A DNA stretch of 64,000 nt from Candidatus Aenigmatarchaeota archaeon. Lineage in GTDB: Archaea; Aenigmatarchaeota; Aenigmatarchaeia; CG10238-14; SpSt-28. The stretch lies in assembly GCA_038997165.1 (NCBI GenBank), contig JAWBAK010000001.1:61926-125925 (forward strand), written 5' to 3'. Shown here in pieces: positions 43,394 through 53,954 of the stretch. The notes beneath the pieces are model-generated. The model was given only the letters and a program-made list of their open reading frames with translations, did not search any database and was not told the origin of the DNA. The translations under genes were made by a program, and so were the position numbers. The first letter of the stretch is position 1. Each line of letters starts with the position of its first letter.

Positions 43394-43908
43394 AAAAAAT
43401 TGTTTTAGCAATAATACTCTTTTTTATTGTTTTGTTTTTTTCTATTTATTTAACAAATCTTAAAATTAGTAGATTCACTTCAGAAAAAGAGTATGAAATA
43501 ATAGATTCCTTAATGTATATTTTGGAAATAAAAAAAATAAAAACAAATGTGACATATATTGAAAAAACAAATGAGAGCTATTTTTTAGGGATTGAAGTAC
43601 ATAAAGATAATTTACTTACCTTTGGAATTATTCCTATAAACTCTCCTATAGAAAGGGTTAGAAGAATTATTACTTTAAATAATTTAGAGAATTCCGTAGT
43701 TGGAGTAAAAATTTTCTGCGATGGAAATATTTGCGACTTTATAAATATTTCAAAACCTTATTTTATTTTAAAACCAAAAGAAAATAGAGAAATAGAAATA
43801 GCTGTCGAAAACAAAAATATTACTGGATATTATGAGGGATACATATATATTAACGTTTTAAAGCCAAAAAACAAAATATGGGAAGTTATTTTATACTTTT
43901 TGTATTAA
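43390..43908 (+). CDS. 172-aa secreted/anchored hypothetical protein
   Basis: ATGA-coupled start. N-terminus MKKIVLAIILFFIVLFFSIYL. Confidence 0.6.
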   Translation: MKKIVLAIILFFIVLFFSIYLTNLKISRFTSEKEYEIIDSLMYILEIKKIKTNVTYIEKTNESYFLGIEVHKDNLLTFGIIPINSPIERVRRIITLNNLENSVVGVKIFCDGNICDFINISKPYFILKPKENREIEIAVENKNITGYYEGYIYINVLKPKNKIWEVILYFLY

Positions 43909-44546
43909 TAAGTCTATTTTTTCTAAATTTAGCTTTATCTCAAAAAATAGTGGTTAATGTTTTAGAAAGCTTAAATTTTTCGATAGTTAACTATACTAAG
44001 TTAGAAAATAAAAATTTTTTTAGTTACAATGCATATGTTTATAATACTGGTTCCAAAAGTTTTAAAGCTAAATTATTTTTAGAAAGTGACTGCTGCAAAA
44101 TATATTCCGAAGAAAATATATTAAATCCATCTGAAGAAAAGTTTTTTTCAATATATTATTTGTCGTTAAGGAATGAAAGTATTAACATCTCTTTAATTGT
44201 TGATGATTTAAATATTCCTATAGGAAGGTTTTTGTTTAATTTTTCAGAGATTCTAAATGTTACTGAAAAAAATTTAGATTATATATTTGAAAACGGTAAA
44301 TTAAAAATCTTAGGAAACTTAGACAATTATCATTTTTTTATACTAAATCATTCTACAACGCAAAAAAAATTAAATAAAAACTATAATGAAATTGAAATAA
44401 AAAATTTTCAATTAGAGAAAATAGATGTTTTGTTTTTTAATGAAACTGAATTCTTTATCAAAAGTTTTGAATTAAAAAATCCAAATATATTTAAAAAAGT
44501 TTTATTTGAAATTAAGAAGATCTTAACTTTAGCCTTTTCAATTTAA
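43878..44546 (+). CDS. 222-aa secreted hypothetical protein
   Basis: Signal-like N-terminus FILFVLISLFFLNLALS. Overlaps the previous ORF by 31 nt. Confidence 0.6.
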   Translation: MGSYFILFVLISLFFLNLALSQKIVVNVLESLNFSIVNYTKLENKNFFSYNAYVYNTGSKSFKAKLFLESDCCKIYSEENILNPSEEKFFSIYYLSLRNESINISLIVDDLNIPIGRFLFNFSEILNVTEKNLDYIFENGKLKILGNLDNYHFFILNHSTTQKKLNKNYNEIEIKNFQLEKIDVLFFNETEFFIKSFELKNPNIFKKVLFEIKKILTLAFSI

Positions 44547-45738
44547 AGGAGTATAAGCTTCTGTATTTGATATAATCTCTGATTTTTTTGACTAGTATAA
44601 ATATTAAAAATACTGTAAATGCTATTAATAAGATGTAAATAATTAAGTTTATTGGTATTGCATAATAAACTTTTCTTTCTGTTATCGGTATTGTTTCTAA
44701 GTAAAGTTTTGAAATTTCTATTATAGTTAAATTAATATACCTTCTTACATTCTCTAATTCTTTTAAACTTTCTTCAAAAAGTTTGAATCTAAAGAAATTT
44801 TTTGAAAATAATAAATGAGAAGACGCATTTTCTAAATAATTTTTTGCTAAATGAATATTTTTTCCTTGAAGTTCTAAATTAGTTATTTCCATGTTTAAAT
44901 CCCTTATGAGTTTTTCGTAAAAATCTATTAACTTTTCTAATTTTTCTATAATTTCTGCTTTACTTACGTTTATTTCTATATCGAAACATTTTTCAATTTC
45001 CTTTGAAATTAAACAAAACGATGCTAAATAATTTTTTGGTGTAATTTCATAACTAACGTTAAGCTCTACTAAAAAAACTGCTGTTTCGTTAAAAAATAGC
45101 TTAGTTATTAATAATGGGTATTTTATTTTAAGGTTTAGCTCTGAAGAAATATTAAGTTTTAAATCATTCAATGTATCTCCCTTGTTTATAACTTTAATAA
45201 AAAAGTTTATTACATCTCCTTGAGAAATGTTAATAACTTTTGGATAAAAAATTTCAAGCTCATATTTCTTTTGGAGTTCTGGAGGTAATGTTGGTATTGA
45301 AGGTATTGTTATTGAAGGTACTATTTGTAATGGTTTAGGATTAACTTCGATATAACCTTGGCTTTCTTTATATTTTGTTTGAGAAAAACATTTTATAGAA
45401 ACGTTATAAATCCCTTTTGGTAAAGAAACCTTTGTTGAGAATTCTAAATACTGAGATGGTTCTAGAAAATATATGTTTGAAATAATTCTTCTCAAAAAAT
45501 TATTGTTGTATATAAGTATTTCGGCATAGTACTCTGAACTAATACTTCCGCAATTCTCACATCTGACAAGCATATCAAAAATTTCGTTTTCATAAACTAC
45601 CGTTGGATAAAAAGCATTAATACAAATTATTTCTTTCTGATTTATTTGAAGTGATAATTGAAAAAATGCTGTATAGGAGAAAAAAAATAAAAGCAGTATT
45701 AGAAAAATCAAAAGTGTAATGTAAAATTTTATTCCCAT
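44512..45738 (-). CDS. 408-aa surface protein: signal, CARDB-like domain, coiled coil, C-terminal TM and basic tail
   Basis: MGIKFYITLLIFLILLLFFFS. CARDB-like VINKGDTLNDLKLNISS. TM YILLIAFTVFLIFILVKKIRDY. Confidence 0.7.
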   Translation of the reverse strand: MGIKFYITLLIFLILLLFFFSYTAFFQLSLQINQKEIICINAFYPTVVYENEIFDMLVRCENCGSISSEYYAEILIYNNNFLRRIISNIYFLEPSQYLEFSTKVSLPKGIYNVSIKCFSQTKYKESQGYIEVNPKPLQIVPSITIPSIPTLPPELQKKYELEIFYPKVINISQGDVINFFIKVINKGDTLNDLKLNISSELNLKIKYPLLITKLFFNETAVFLVELNVSYEITPKNYLASFCLISKEIEKCFDIEINVSKAEIIEKLEKLIDFYEKLIRDLNMEITNLELQGKNIHLAKNYLENASSHLLFSKNFFRFKLFEESLKELENVRRYINLTIIEISKLYLETIPITERKVYYAIPINLIIYILLIAFTVFLIFILVKKIRDYIKYRSLYSFKLKRLKLRSS

Positions 45739-45800
45739 TATAAAATATCTCGTTTAAAAAAGAAATAATTAAATATAATATTAAACAATAATATTTAATA
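45739..45800. promoter_or_regulatory. 62-nt divergent intergenic region (probable bidirectional promoter)
   Basis: Lies between the minus-strand start at 45738 and the plus-strand start at 45801. Confidence 0.3.
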
Positions 45801-48800
45801 ATGGAGTTAAAAGAAATTGTTTTGGTTTTTTTGGTATTTCTAACATTTTTTAGCTTTTTTTCTTTTTCCCAAATTGAAACTCAAAGATTTAATCAATCGG
45901 AAAGTTCTGTAATAATAGGAAGTGCATCTACATTAAATCAAGCTGTTATAGATTCTCTTCTTAATATAGATTCTGATGGATTGACTTGGAATATAGCAAA
46001 ATCTCAAGTACCGCATAGGAAAATTAAAACTGTTGAATACTTCATTTATCAAGATATGACACAAATGGCAGCAAATACTGAAAAATCTGGAAGCTTTACT
46101 GTTTACATTCCAGAAAAAAATCCAATAATAAGAAGCGCTATAATAGAAATAAGAAACTTAATATACAATGCTCAAATAACAGCGGGTCAAACTGTTATTT
46201 TATCCAATGGAACTACAAACATAACACTATTAATCACTCAAGCAGGTCCAGCAGCTACTGGAGAAAATATGTATTATACATTTTTAATTAATGCAACAGA
46301 TGCCTTAAGAAATTTTATTTCTGGAAGTGGTACTTATACTTTTACTTTATACGTTAAATTAAATGCTATTAGACAAGGAGAAAATGCAAAATTAATTTTG
46401 ACGTATGAATATGATAGCGATTCTCCTAGAGAAATTAAAACAATTAGATTTTTTGTTGGTCAAATAAATTCAACCTTAGCTGTAGGTTCATCTACTAATT
46501 TTACAATTCCACCATTAAATCTACCAGAAAAAAATGTAATTATAAGGGATGCTTTTTTTGAAACATATATTCACTTACAGCCAGGAGGTACTGTAGATCA
46601 AGGTATATCAATAGATTTAGATGGTGTAAACGCAATTTCTGGAACACCTATAGATAATGCTGGTGTAACCACAATAGATTATGTTTTTTTATATAGAAAC
46701 ATTTTTGATACATCAACATCGCATACTTTCAATTTTAAACCAACTGCTGGTTATGCTTTACATGCAGTTGGTACTGAATTAGTATTAACTTACGAATATG
46801 ATAGCGATTCTGAATTGCAATTAAAAACTGTAAGGTATTTAATTGGTCAAGATGGTGGATTATACACTACACCACACACAGCAACATTTTCAAGAACTAT
46901 TATTATTCCAGAAGATGTTAAAAGTATTATAAGCGCTTATAATAGAGTAACTTTTTCCATAGCTTATGGTACAGGAGCCGGAACAACAACATATACAACA
47001 ACAATTGGTGTAAATTCATCTGTTTCTGGAGAATCTCAACCTAGAGTTGATTATATATTGGGTTTAAGAGATGAGCAAGTAAGTCATTCAATGATTTTAT
47101 ATAATGCAACTGGTTTATACAGTATAACAAATGGTACAACTATAGTCTGCTCTGTTTATAGCTCAGCAGCTTCCACAAGCTATTATACTGGAAGTAAAGG
47201 TTGCGAATTAATATTAACTTATGTTTATAATGCCTCTAATTCAACTTCATTTGTAAATAGCGTAGAATATTTTGTAGGTAGTAGTTATCATTTAGCTTTA
47301 GCATCTTCAATTAACTTTCCTTTTAGTTTTGTAATATCTGAACCAAATTATTTAATTAGAGATGCCTATTTAAATGTATATGGATTTACTGGATCTTCTA
47401 CAGCAGCTACAAATACCTTAGTTTCTTATGTTGACGTTCCAGGATATGTTTCTCAAACATGTAATTTCAGAAATACTGGAGAAGCGAGGTCTGATTTCTG
47501 TTGGGATTACGTTGGAGATAATATAACTGTTGCAAACAGTTATACTGTAGTTTTATCTTCTAGTGTAACAAGATGGTTTGCATCAAAACTAATAGTAACT
47601 TATTCTTATATGCCATTTTATAAAGTTGAAGTTGAACATAATGCATCGATATTTTTTGAAGGTCTTCTAAGAAATATTAGCATAATGATTAACTTCACTT
47701 CTTCTACTCAAAGCACTTTTTCTATGCATATATATGATTTCAAAAACAATCAATGGAATAGTACTATTTGTCAGAATTTATTAGCAAACCCAAACCAATT
47801 CTATGTTTATTGGTGTAATATAAGCAATTCAGAAGTTAATAATTTTGTTTCTAATGATAATAAAGTTAGGGTTAGATTTTTTTCTAACGAAGATTTTAAT
47901 CAAGGAGTTTTAATGGAAGAATATGTACAGTTTTTCGTTACTTATGAATTCATTAACTATGCACCAATTTTGTTTGATAACATCGAAATTCCTAACTCAC
48001 CAACTACATATTTAAAAAATAGAGCATATATTTTTAAAGTTAAAGTAACTGATCTTAATGGAGAAAATGATATAGATAGTGTTATATTTGAGTTTAATGG
48101 AATTAATCAAACTGTAAATAATTACGTTACAATAAATTCTACTACTAGAGAATATTCTATAGAAATTTATGATTTGGCTGCAAATCCATATGGATATATT
48201 TTTAGATGGTACGCTAAGGATAAAAGAAATTCTTGGTCAAATGTTGTTGAAGGAATGTATGTAATTAACAAAGCTATTCCAGAAATAAACTTAGAATTAT
48301 CTAATAGTATAGTAGATTATCCTAACGAAACAAATGCTACTTGCTATTTAATTTTAGGCGACGAAGAAAATAACCTAAAACTCTATAGAAATAATACTCT
48401 TGTTAATAGCAATAAAGATAGAGTTTCAGAAATTGCTATATTAGGCGCTGGAGTTTATGAATATTCATGTTATTATGAAGAAACTCAGAACTTTACTTCA
48501 TATTTAGTTGAAAATTTTATATTAACTATAAATAAGGGCATTCCAAAAGTATTCTTAGAAATTAATGGAATGCAAGATGATTACATAACTTATTATCCAG
48601 AAGAGATAAACATTACAGCTTGGATGGAAAACTTATATGAAGAGGGAGAAATAAAATTATATAAAAATGGGAACTTAATCTTTTCTGGAAAAAGATTTTC
48701 TGAAGTTTCTGTTTTAGCAGCTGGAGAATATTATTTTGATTTAATTTTTGAAGAAACACAAAACTATACTTATTATGAAATTAGAAACAAATATCTAAGA

Positions 48801-51800
48801 ATAAATAAAGGAATTTCTTCAGCTCAGCTAATTATATATCCAGAGTCTCCAATAACATATGGAACAGAAACTACTGCAATATGTATAGCTACAAATCCAG
48901 AAGCTGAAGCAAAATTATGGAGAAATGGAACAGATGTTACTAGTGAAAACGGAACAGCTATAATATTGCCGGCAGGAATTTGGTATTATGAATGTAATGT
49001 TACAGAAACACAAAATTACACAAGTGCCTCTGATTCTAAAATATATATAGTTAATAAAGCGTTTGTTGAAGTGAAACTGTTTTTAAATGGAACAGAAGAA
49101 GATAGAGTTTATACTTATGGAGATTTTGCAAACATAACTGCAACTATTAATGTTTCTGATAAAGTTATTTATATAGAGGCTAATTTTAGCGGATATCCGG
49201 AAATTATAGCATATGGAAAAGATGTTGTTACTATAATAACTAATAATTTTGGTGCTGGTATCTATAATATAACTGCTTATTTTTCTGGGGATCAAAATTA
49301 TACAAGTAGTTTTAAGAGTTTATTGATGATAGTGAATAAAAAACCAACAAACATATATCTGTGGATAAATGGAACAAGAGAAAATAAGGTTTATTATGAT
49401 AATGCAACAATTAATTTTACTGTTGAATTGCTAGAAAATAACGATATAGTTCGGTTATTAAGTAACTATAGCGATGGTAATTATAAAATTATTTCAAGTG
49501 GAGTTTCTCCGTTAATAACTATTCTTAACTTAGATGTTGGGGGTATATTTAATTTTACAGGTTATTATCCTGGAAACCTTAACTATACTGAAAGTTCTGA
49601 AAGTTGGATAGTAACCATAGGAAAAATGAATGTAAATGTAGAGATTTTACCAGCACAAAAAATAGGAATAAACGATGTTTTTAATATAAAGGGAGTTTGT
49701 AGTTGTATGTATGTGAATTGTAGTAATGTTAATGTTGAGTTGTTAGTAGACAATGAAAGAATTTCAAACGAATCATTATCTTTACAATTAGTAGATGGGG
49801 ATAATCCATATTATTTGGAAGGAAGTTTTGATTACATAGAAGTTTTTTGGAATGTTTCAGCAAATATAATAGGGAATTATTCTATAAAGGTTAAGTGTAA
49901 CTCCTCTGAATTTTATGATAAGTTTTCTGAAGAAAAAACTATAGAAATTATAGATAATAAAGCACCTAAGTGGTTTTTAAACAGAAGCTTTCCTGAGATA
50001 GCTTATTATTCTCCGAATGCTAATTATAGATTTAGCATTGTTTGGATAGATGAAAGCGAAATAGAAGAAGTTTTAATAGAGCATAACTTTACTTCCATAG
50101 TTAAAAACGATAGTATGATAAAAAATGGTAATGAATTCTATTTTGAAATATATGATTTGCCAGCGGGAACTTATTATTGGAAAAGCTATGCTAAGGATAT
50201 ATATGGAAATTGGAATGTTAGCCACGATTTTATTTACGTTGTAAATAAAGCGCCTGTTGAAATAAAAATATATTTTAATGGAAGTGAAGAGCAAAATGTT
50301 TTTGATGTTTATGATATAATAAACGTTACAGCTATAATAAATGTAAGCAATAAAATAATTTATTTGAATTCGAATCTTCCAAATTGGGATATAGTTGAAA
50401 ATAATACAATAATAGATATTTTAGTTAACCTTAATAAAAAAGGTAAGTTTATATTTAGCTCATATTTCTTGGGAGATCAAAATTATTCCTCGTATTATAT
50501 CGAAAAAGAAATTGAAGTAGTTGATAGAATTCCGCCAAAAATTGTTTTTATTGGACAAAATAGAAGTTGGATTGGAGTAGGAGAAAGTTTGCTTATTTTT
50601 GGTAAATGGGATGACAACTATGATTTAGATTACGCTTGGTTGGAAACTAATGAAAATGGTTCTTGGGAAAATGTCTCTTATGTTAAATTGAATTTAGAAG
50701 ATAATTTAATTTGGTCCAATTTTACTTGGAGAAATCCAGAAGTAATCGCTGGTAGTTGGATTAGTTGGAGAATATGTGCTAATGATACATCTAATAATAT
50801 AAAGTGTTCTCAAATATATAGTTTTTTTGTTAATGCGAGTAAGCTATGGAACATTACTTTGAATGAAAGAATTTTTTCTTCTCCTTCAATAGGAGATGTT
50901 AATGGAGATGGAGAAATTAATGTTGTTATTGCAAGTTTTAATGGAACATTATACGCTATAAGAGCTGTTAATGGAGAAATTCTTTGGATAATCAACTTAC
51001 CTGGAAGAATTGTTGGAAGTCCCTCTCTTTCGCAGCTAGAAAATGAAAATTATTTGAGAATTTTCATTGGTAGTTATGATTATAATTTATATGCTATAAA
51101 TGGTAGTGATGGAAGTAAAATATGGAATTTTTCTGCTAGTGGAAGAATTGTCTCTTCAGCAGCTATAGGAGATGTTAATGGAGATAATGTTATAGATATA
51201 GTTTTTGGTTCGGAAGATGGAAAGGTCTATTGCATAGATATTCTTAATGGAAATTTAATATGGAGTTTTCAAACTAATGGAAGAATAGTTTCTTCGCCAT
51301 CAATAAAGAAAATTGGAGATGAAACATATGTTTTCATTGGCAGTTATGATTATAATTTATATGCTATAAATGGTAGTGATGGAAGTAAAATATGGAATTT
51401 TTCTGCTAAGGATAAAATTGAAAGTACTCCATTAATAGATGATTTCGATAATGACGGAAAATATGAAGTTGTTTTTGGATCTTATGATAGAAATGTTTAT
51501 GTTTTAGATGCTCAAACAGGAAATTTGCTATGGAACTATACAACCAATAATTGGATAACTTCTTCTCCAATAACTTTAAGAGTTGGAAATGATAAAAAAA
51601 TTATAATTACGTCACATGATTCGAAGGTTTACTCTTTTAATCCAGATGGCACAATTAACTGGACTTTTACAATTCCTACAGGTGGAAGGGTTCCATATTT
51701 ACCTTCTGCTTTCGATGCAAATAAAGACGGTATTCAAGATGTTATAGTTGGTGCTACAGACGGAAGAATTTATGTAATTAATGGATTAAATGGAACTCTA

Positions 51801-53429
51801 ATTTGGTTTTATAATATTGGAAACTACATTTATACTTCTCCCGCAATTGCAGATCTAAATAGAGATGGAAAATTAGATGTTTCTTTTGGAGGCTTAGATA
51901 GAAATGTATATGCACTAGATCCTCCATCTTGGAATATGTTTGGTGGAAACGAAAGAAGTACAAGAATTTATGATATCGTTCCGCCAAAGCTTATTCATTA
52001 TGAAAAAGAAATAGATGGTTGTAATATTAATATTGTTTCTAAATGGAAAGATTTATCTAATCTTGAATTTGCAGAAGTATTTATAGAGAGTGAAAATTTA
52101 AAAGAAAAGTACAAAATTAAATTATTTGGCCCAGAAGATTGGGTTAATATTACATTTAAATCTTGCAATAATTCTATTGTAAATATAAAAGTCTTGGATG
52201 AATATGGAAATGTAGAAAAGCTAGAAGATTATATAGAGATTAAAGTTTACGATAATAAACCAAAAATAATAGAAGTTAAAACTATTCCAAACACAAGTTT
52301 TTATAACAAAAATCAAGTTTATGAGATATTGGCAAAAATAGAAGATGATTATGAAATTTCGAATGTTTTGATTGAAAATGATTTTAAAGGTTATTTATCT
52401 AACGAAAGTATGTATTTAGAAAACAATTATTTTGTTTATCACATTTCTAGCTTGGAAGCCAATACTTATAAATTTAGGATACATGCATGTGATTTATCAA
52501 ATAATTGCGAAAGTTCTGAATGGAATGAAATAATAATTCTTAAAGCTCCTCAAAATGTTACGCTTAAATTAGATAAAGAAACTTACAAATATGGAGAGTT
52601 TATTAAAATTAATTGCACAGCCGCTAAAGACGAAATTTCAAAAATAAAAATACTTATAAACGACAGTTTAATAAAAGAAGAAATAAGTAATGAAATAAAC
52701 ATCTCATTAAAGTTGCAGAGTGGTTATTGGAAAATTAAATGCATTGCAGAAGAATCTAAAAATTATTTAGAAGGTTTTGATGAAAAAACAATTGTAGTTG
52801 AAAAAAGAATTCCAAAAACTAAGCTAAAAATTAATTATAATGAAAGTGATGTAGTATTAGAATGTCCGGCTAAAATAAGAATTGATGCATATTCTTTAGA
52901 AGAAGATGAGGATGTCGAATATTATTTATTCCTATCTTCAGAAGAATACAATGAATTTTTAGGTTATGGAAAAAATATAAGCTTAGAATTAATTTTTGAA
53001 AATGCGAGAAACTTTAAAGTTATATATAACAATAGCGGGGGAAAAAATATTTTTTCACATCAAATAGTTAGAAATGTTTTTATTATCGATAATAAAAGTC
53101 CTAAAAATATATTTTATAAAAAAAGCCTTAATAGAGATGATTTAATTATTACTTCTAAATGGATGGATAATTGTAGTGAGATAGTAAGAGCTATAATTAC
53201 TGAAAATAGCAATGGAAATAAAGAAATTGTAGTAAAACCTGTTAATGGTTGGGTTAACTATACAATATCTAGAACAGATTTATTCTCTACATATGGATGT
53301 AAATGGATATTAGGAAGAATATGCATAAAGGAAGTAAGTTTTGAAATAAAGGTTTTTGATTCTTTCAATAATTTCGCTATTAAAAAAGATAAAGTTAAAC
53401 TAATTTTTTTAAGTTCTAGAAAAATATAG
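45801..53429 (+). CDS. 2542-aa secreted giant surface protein: four ~135-aa N-terminal repeats, Ig-like repeats, internal beta-propeller, further beta-sandwich domains
   Basis: Signal VLVFLVFLTFFSFFSFSQ. Four repeats end in (L/I)(I/V)LTYEYDSDS, LVLTYEYDSDS, LILTYVYNASNS and LIVTYSYMP (about 46000-47620). Three or more Ig-like repeats of the form KLYRNNTLVNS...ETQNFTSY...INKG lie at about 48250-49350. No TM at the C-terminus. Confidence 0.85.
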   Translation: MELKEIVLVFLVFLTFFSFFSFSQIETQRFNQSESSVIIGSASTLNQAVIDSLLNIDSDGLTWNIAKSQVPHRKIKTVEYFIYQDMTQMAANTEKSGSFTVYIPEKNPIIRSAIIEIRNLIYNAQITAGQTVILSNGTTNITLLITQAGPAATGENMYYTFLINATDALRNFISGSGTYTFTLYVKLNAIRQGENAKLILTYEYDSDSPREIKTIRFFVGQINSTLAVGSSTNFTIPPLNLPEKNVIIRDAFFETYIHLQPGGTVDQGISIDLDGVNAISGTPIDNAGVTTIDYVFLYRNIFDTSTSHTFNFKPTAGYALHAVGTELVLTYEYDSDSELQLKTVRYLIGQDGGLYTTPHTATFSRTIIIPEDVKSIISAYNRVTFSIAYGTGAGTTTYTTTIGVNSSVSGESQPRVDYILGLRDEQVSHSMILYNATGLYSITNGTTIVCSVYSSAASTSYYTGSKGCELILTYVYNASNSTSFVNSVEYFVGSSYHLALASSINFPFSFVISEPNYLIRDAYLNVYGFTGSSTAATNTLVSYVDVPGYVSQTCNFRNTGEARSDFCWDYVGDNITVANSYTVVLSSSVTRWFASKLIVTYSYMPFYKVEVEHNASIFFEGLLRNISIMINFTSSTQSTFSMHIYDFKNNQWNSTICQNLLANPNQFYVYWCNISNSEVNNFVSNDNKVRVRFFSNEDFNQGVLMEEYVQFFVTYEFINYAPILFDNIEIPNSPTTYLKNRAYIFKVKVTDLNGENDIDSVIFEFNGINQTVNNYVTINSTTREYSIEIYDLAANPYGYIFRWYAKDKRNSWSNVVEGMYVINKAIPEINLELSNSIVDYPNETNATCYLILGDEENNLKLYRNNTLVNSNKDRVSEIAILGAGVYEYSCYYEETQNFTSYLVENFILTINKGIPKVFLEINGMQDDYITYYPEEINITAWMENLYEEGEIKLYKNGNLIFSGKRFSEVSVLAAGEYYFDLIFEETQNYTYYEIRNKYLRINKGISSAQLIIYPESPITYGTETTAICIATNPEAEAKLWRNGTDVTSENGTAIILPAGIWYYECNVTETQNYTSASDSKIYIVNKAFVEVKLFLNGTEEDRVYTYGDFANITATINVSDKVIYIEANFSGYPEIIAYGKDVVTIITNNFGAGIYNITAYFSGDQNYTSSFKSLLMIVNKKPTNIYLWINGTRENKVYYDNATINFTVELLENNDIVRLLSNYSDGNYKIISSGVSPLITILNLDVGGIFNFTGYYPGNLNYTESSESWIVTIGKMNVNVEILPAQKIGINDVFNIKGVCSCMYVNCSNVNVELLVDNERISNESLSLQLVDGDNPYYLEGSFDYIEVFWNVSANIIGNYSIKVKCNSSEFYDKFSEEKTIEIIDNKAPKWFLNRSFPEIAYYSPNANYRFSIVWIDESEIEEVLIEHNFTSIVKNDSMIKNGNEFYFEIYDLPAGTYYWKSYAKDIYGNWNVSHDFIYVVNKAPVEIKIYFNGSEEQNVFDVYDIINVTAIINVSNKIIYLNSNLPNWDIVENNTIIDILVNLNKKGKFIFSSYFLGDQNYSSYYIEKEIEVVDRIPPKIVFIGQNRSWIGVGESLLIFGKWDDNYDLDYAWLETNENGSWENVSYVKLNLEDNLIWSNFTWRNPEVIAGSWISWRICANDTSNNIKCSQIYSFFVNASKLWNITLNERIFSSPSIGDVNGDGEINVVIASFNGTLYAIRAVNGEILWIINLPGRIVGSPSLSQLENENYLRIFIGSYDYNLYAINGSDGSKIWNFSASGRIVSSAAIGDVNGDNVIDIVFGSEDGKVYCIDILNGNLIWSFQTNGRIVSSPSIKKIGDETYVFIGSYDYNLYAINGSDGSKIWNFSAKDKIESTPLIDDFDNDGKYEVVFGSYDRNVYVLDAQTGNLLWNYTTNNWITSSPITLRVGNDKKIIITSHDSKVYSFNPDGTINWTFTIPTGGRVPYLPSAFDANKDGIQDVIVGATDGRIYVINGLNGTLIWFYNIGNYIYTSPAIADLNRDGKLDVSFGGLDRNVYALDPPSWNMFGGNERSTRIYDIVPPKLIHYEKEIDGCNINIVSKWKDLSNLEFAEVFIESENLKEKYKIKLFGPEDWVNITFKSCNNSIVNIKVLDEYGNVEKLEDYIEIKVYDNKPKIIEVKTIPNTSFYNKNQVYEILAKIEDDYEISNVLIENDFKGYLSNESMYLENNYFVYHISSLEANTYKFRIHACDLSNNCESSEWNEIIILKAPQNVTLKLDKETYKYGEFIKINCTAAKDEISKIKILINDSLIKEEISNEINISLKLQSGYWKIKCIAEESKNYLEGFDEKTIVVEKRIPKTKLKINYNESDVVLECPAKIRIDAYSLEEDEDVEYYLFLSSEEYNEFLGYGKNISLELIFENARNFKVIYNNSGGKNIFSHQIVRNVFIIDNKSPKNIFYKKSLNRDDLIITSKWMDNCSEIVRAIITENSNGNKEIVVKPVNGWVNYTISRTDLFSTYGCKWILGRICIKEVSFEIKVFDSFNNFAIKKDKVKLIFLSSRKI
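51061..51138 (+). repeat. 78-nt near-exact repeat, copy 1 (partner 51331-51408), two propeller blades apart
   Basis: Both copies read ttttcattgg[t/c]agttatgattataatttatatgctataaatggtagtgatggaagtaaaatatggaatttttctgcta, with 1 mismatch. Encodes FIGSYDYNLYAINGSDGSKIWNFSA. Confidence 0.9.
51331..51408 (+). repeat. 78-nt near-exact repeat, copy 2
   Basis: Matches 51061-51138 with 1 mismatch. Confidence 0.9.
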
Positions 53430-53432
53430 GTT

Positions 53433-53954
53433 ATGAAAAAGAGTTATTTAGTAGCACTAATTATTTTAATTTTCTTTATCTTTTTATTTTTTAACTTTTT
53501 TATTATAGAAGAAGAAATAATATTATTTCCAAAATTTGGTAAAGATAGTGATGGTAGTTTAAGCGATGAAATAGTTGAAAATATTAAAAAAGGTTATGAA
53601 AGAGTAATTCTAAAATTTTATCCATATGGTTTTTTAGAGGTTTGGGGTTGGGAAAATCAGTTTTTTGTTAAAAAAATTTTTGCAGTAGTAGAATGGAGAG
53701 CCGATGAAGATTTAGGAGCTGGAAATATATTTATTGGTTATTCGTTAGATGGAAAAAATTACTATGAAATTGGCCCATTCAATGCATCTAATAATTATAC
53801 GAAAACAATAATAGAAATTCCTATTAAAACATTCTCTAACATAGAAAATATAAAGATTAGGTTTAGAGGAGAGGATTTGGATTATGCAATAGATGCATAT
53901 GCAGAAGTTAAAATTTATCTAAAAGTTATAAGGTATAAATTTAGATTATATTAA
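53433..53954 (+). CDS. 173-aa secreted protein that is a single copy of a new ~140-aa domain
   Basis: N-terminal TM/signal LVALIILIFFIFLFFNFFI. Domain landmarks FYPYGFLEVWGW...EDLGAGNIFIGYSLDGKNYYEIGPF...IRFRGEDLDYAIDAYAEVKIY are shared with both domains of the next gene. Confidence 0.7.
   Translation: MKKSYLVALIILIFFIFLFFNFFIIEEEIILFPKFGKDSDGSLSDEIVENIKKGYERVILKFYPYGFLEVWGWENQFFVKKIFAVVEWRADEDLGAGNIFIGYSLDGKNYYEIGPFNASNNYTKTIIEIPIKTFSNIENIKIRFRGEDLDYAIDAYAEVKIYLKVIRYKFRLY

Larger units (their letters stand above)
50880..51960 (+). other. Beta-propeller region (about 8 blades of PQQ/FG-GAP-like repeats) within the 2542-aa protein
   Basis: Repeating pattern (I/V)GD(V/L)NGDGxx(D/N)VV...DGxVYxIDxxNGxxLW...GRIVSSPS, e.g. 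DGKVYCIDILNGNLIWSFQTNGRIVSSPSI and DRNVYVLDAQTGNLLWNYTTNNWITSSPI. Confidence 0.6.
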
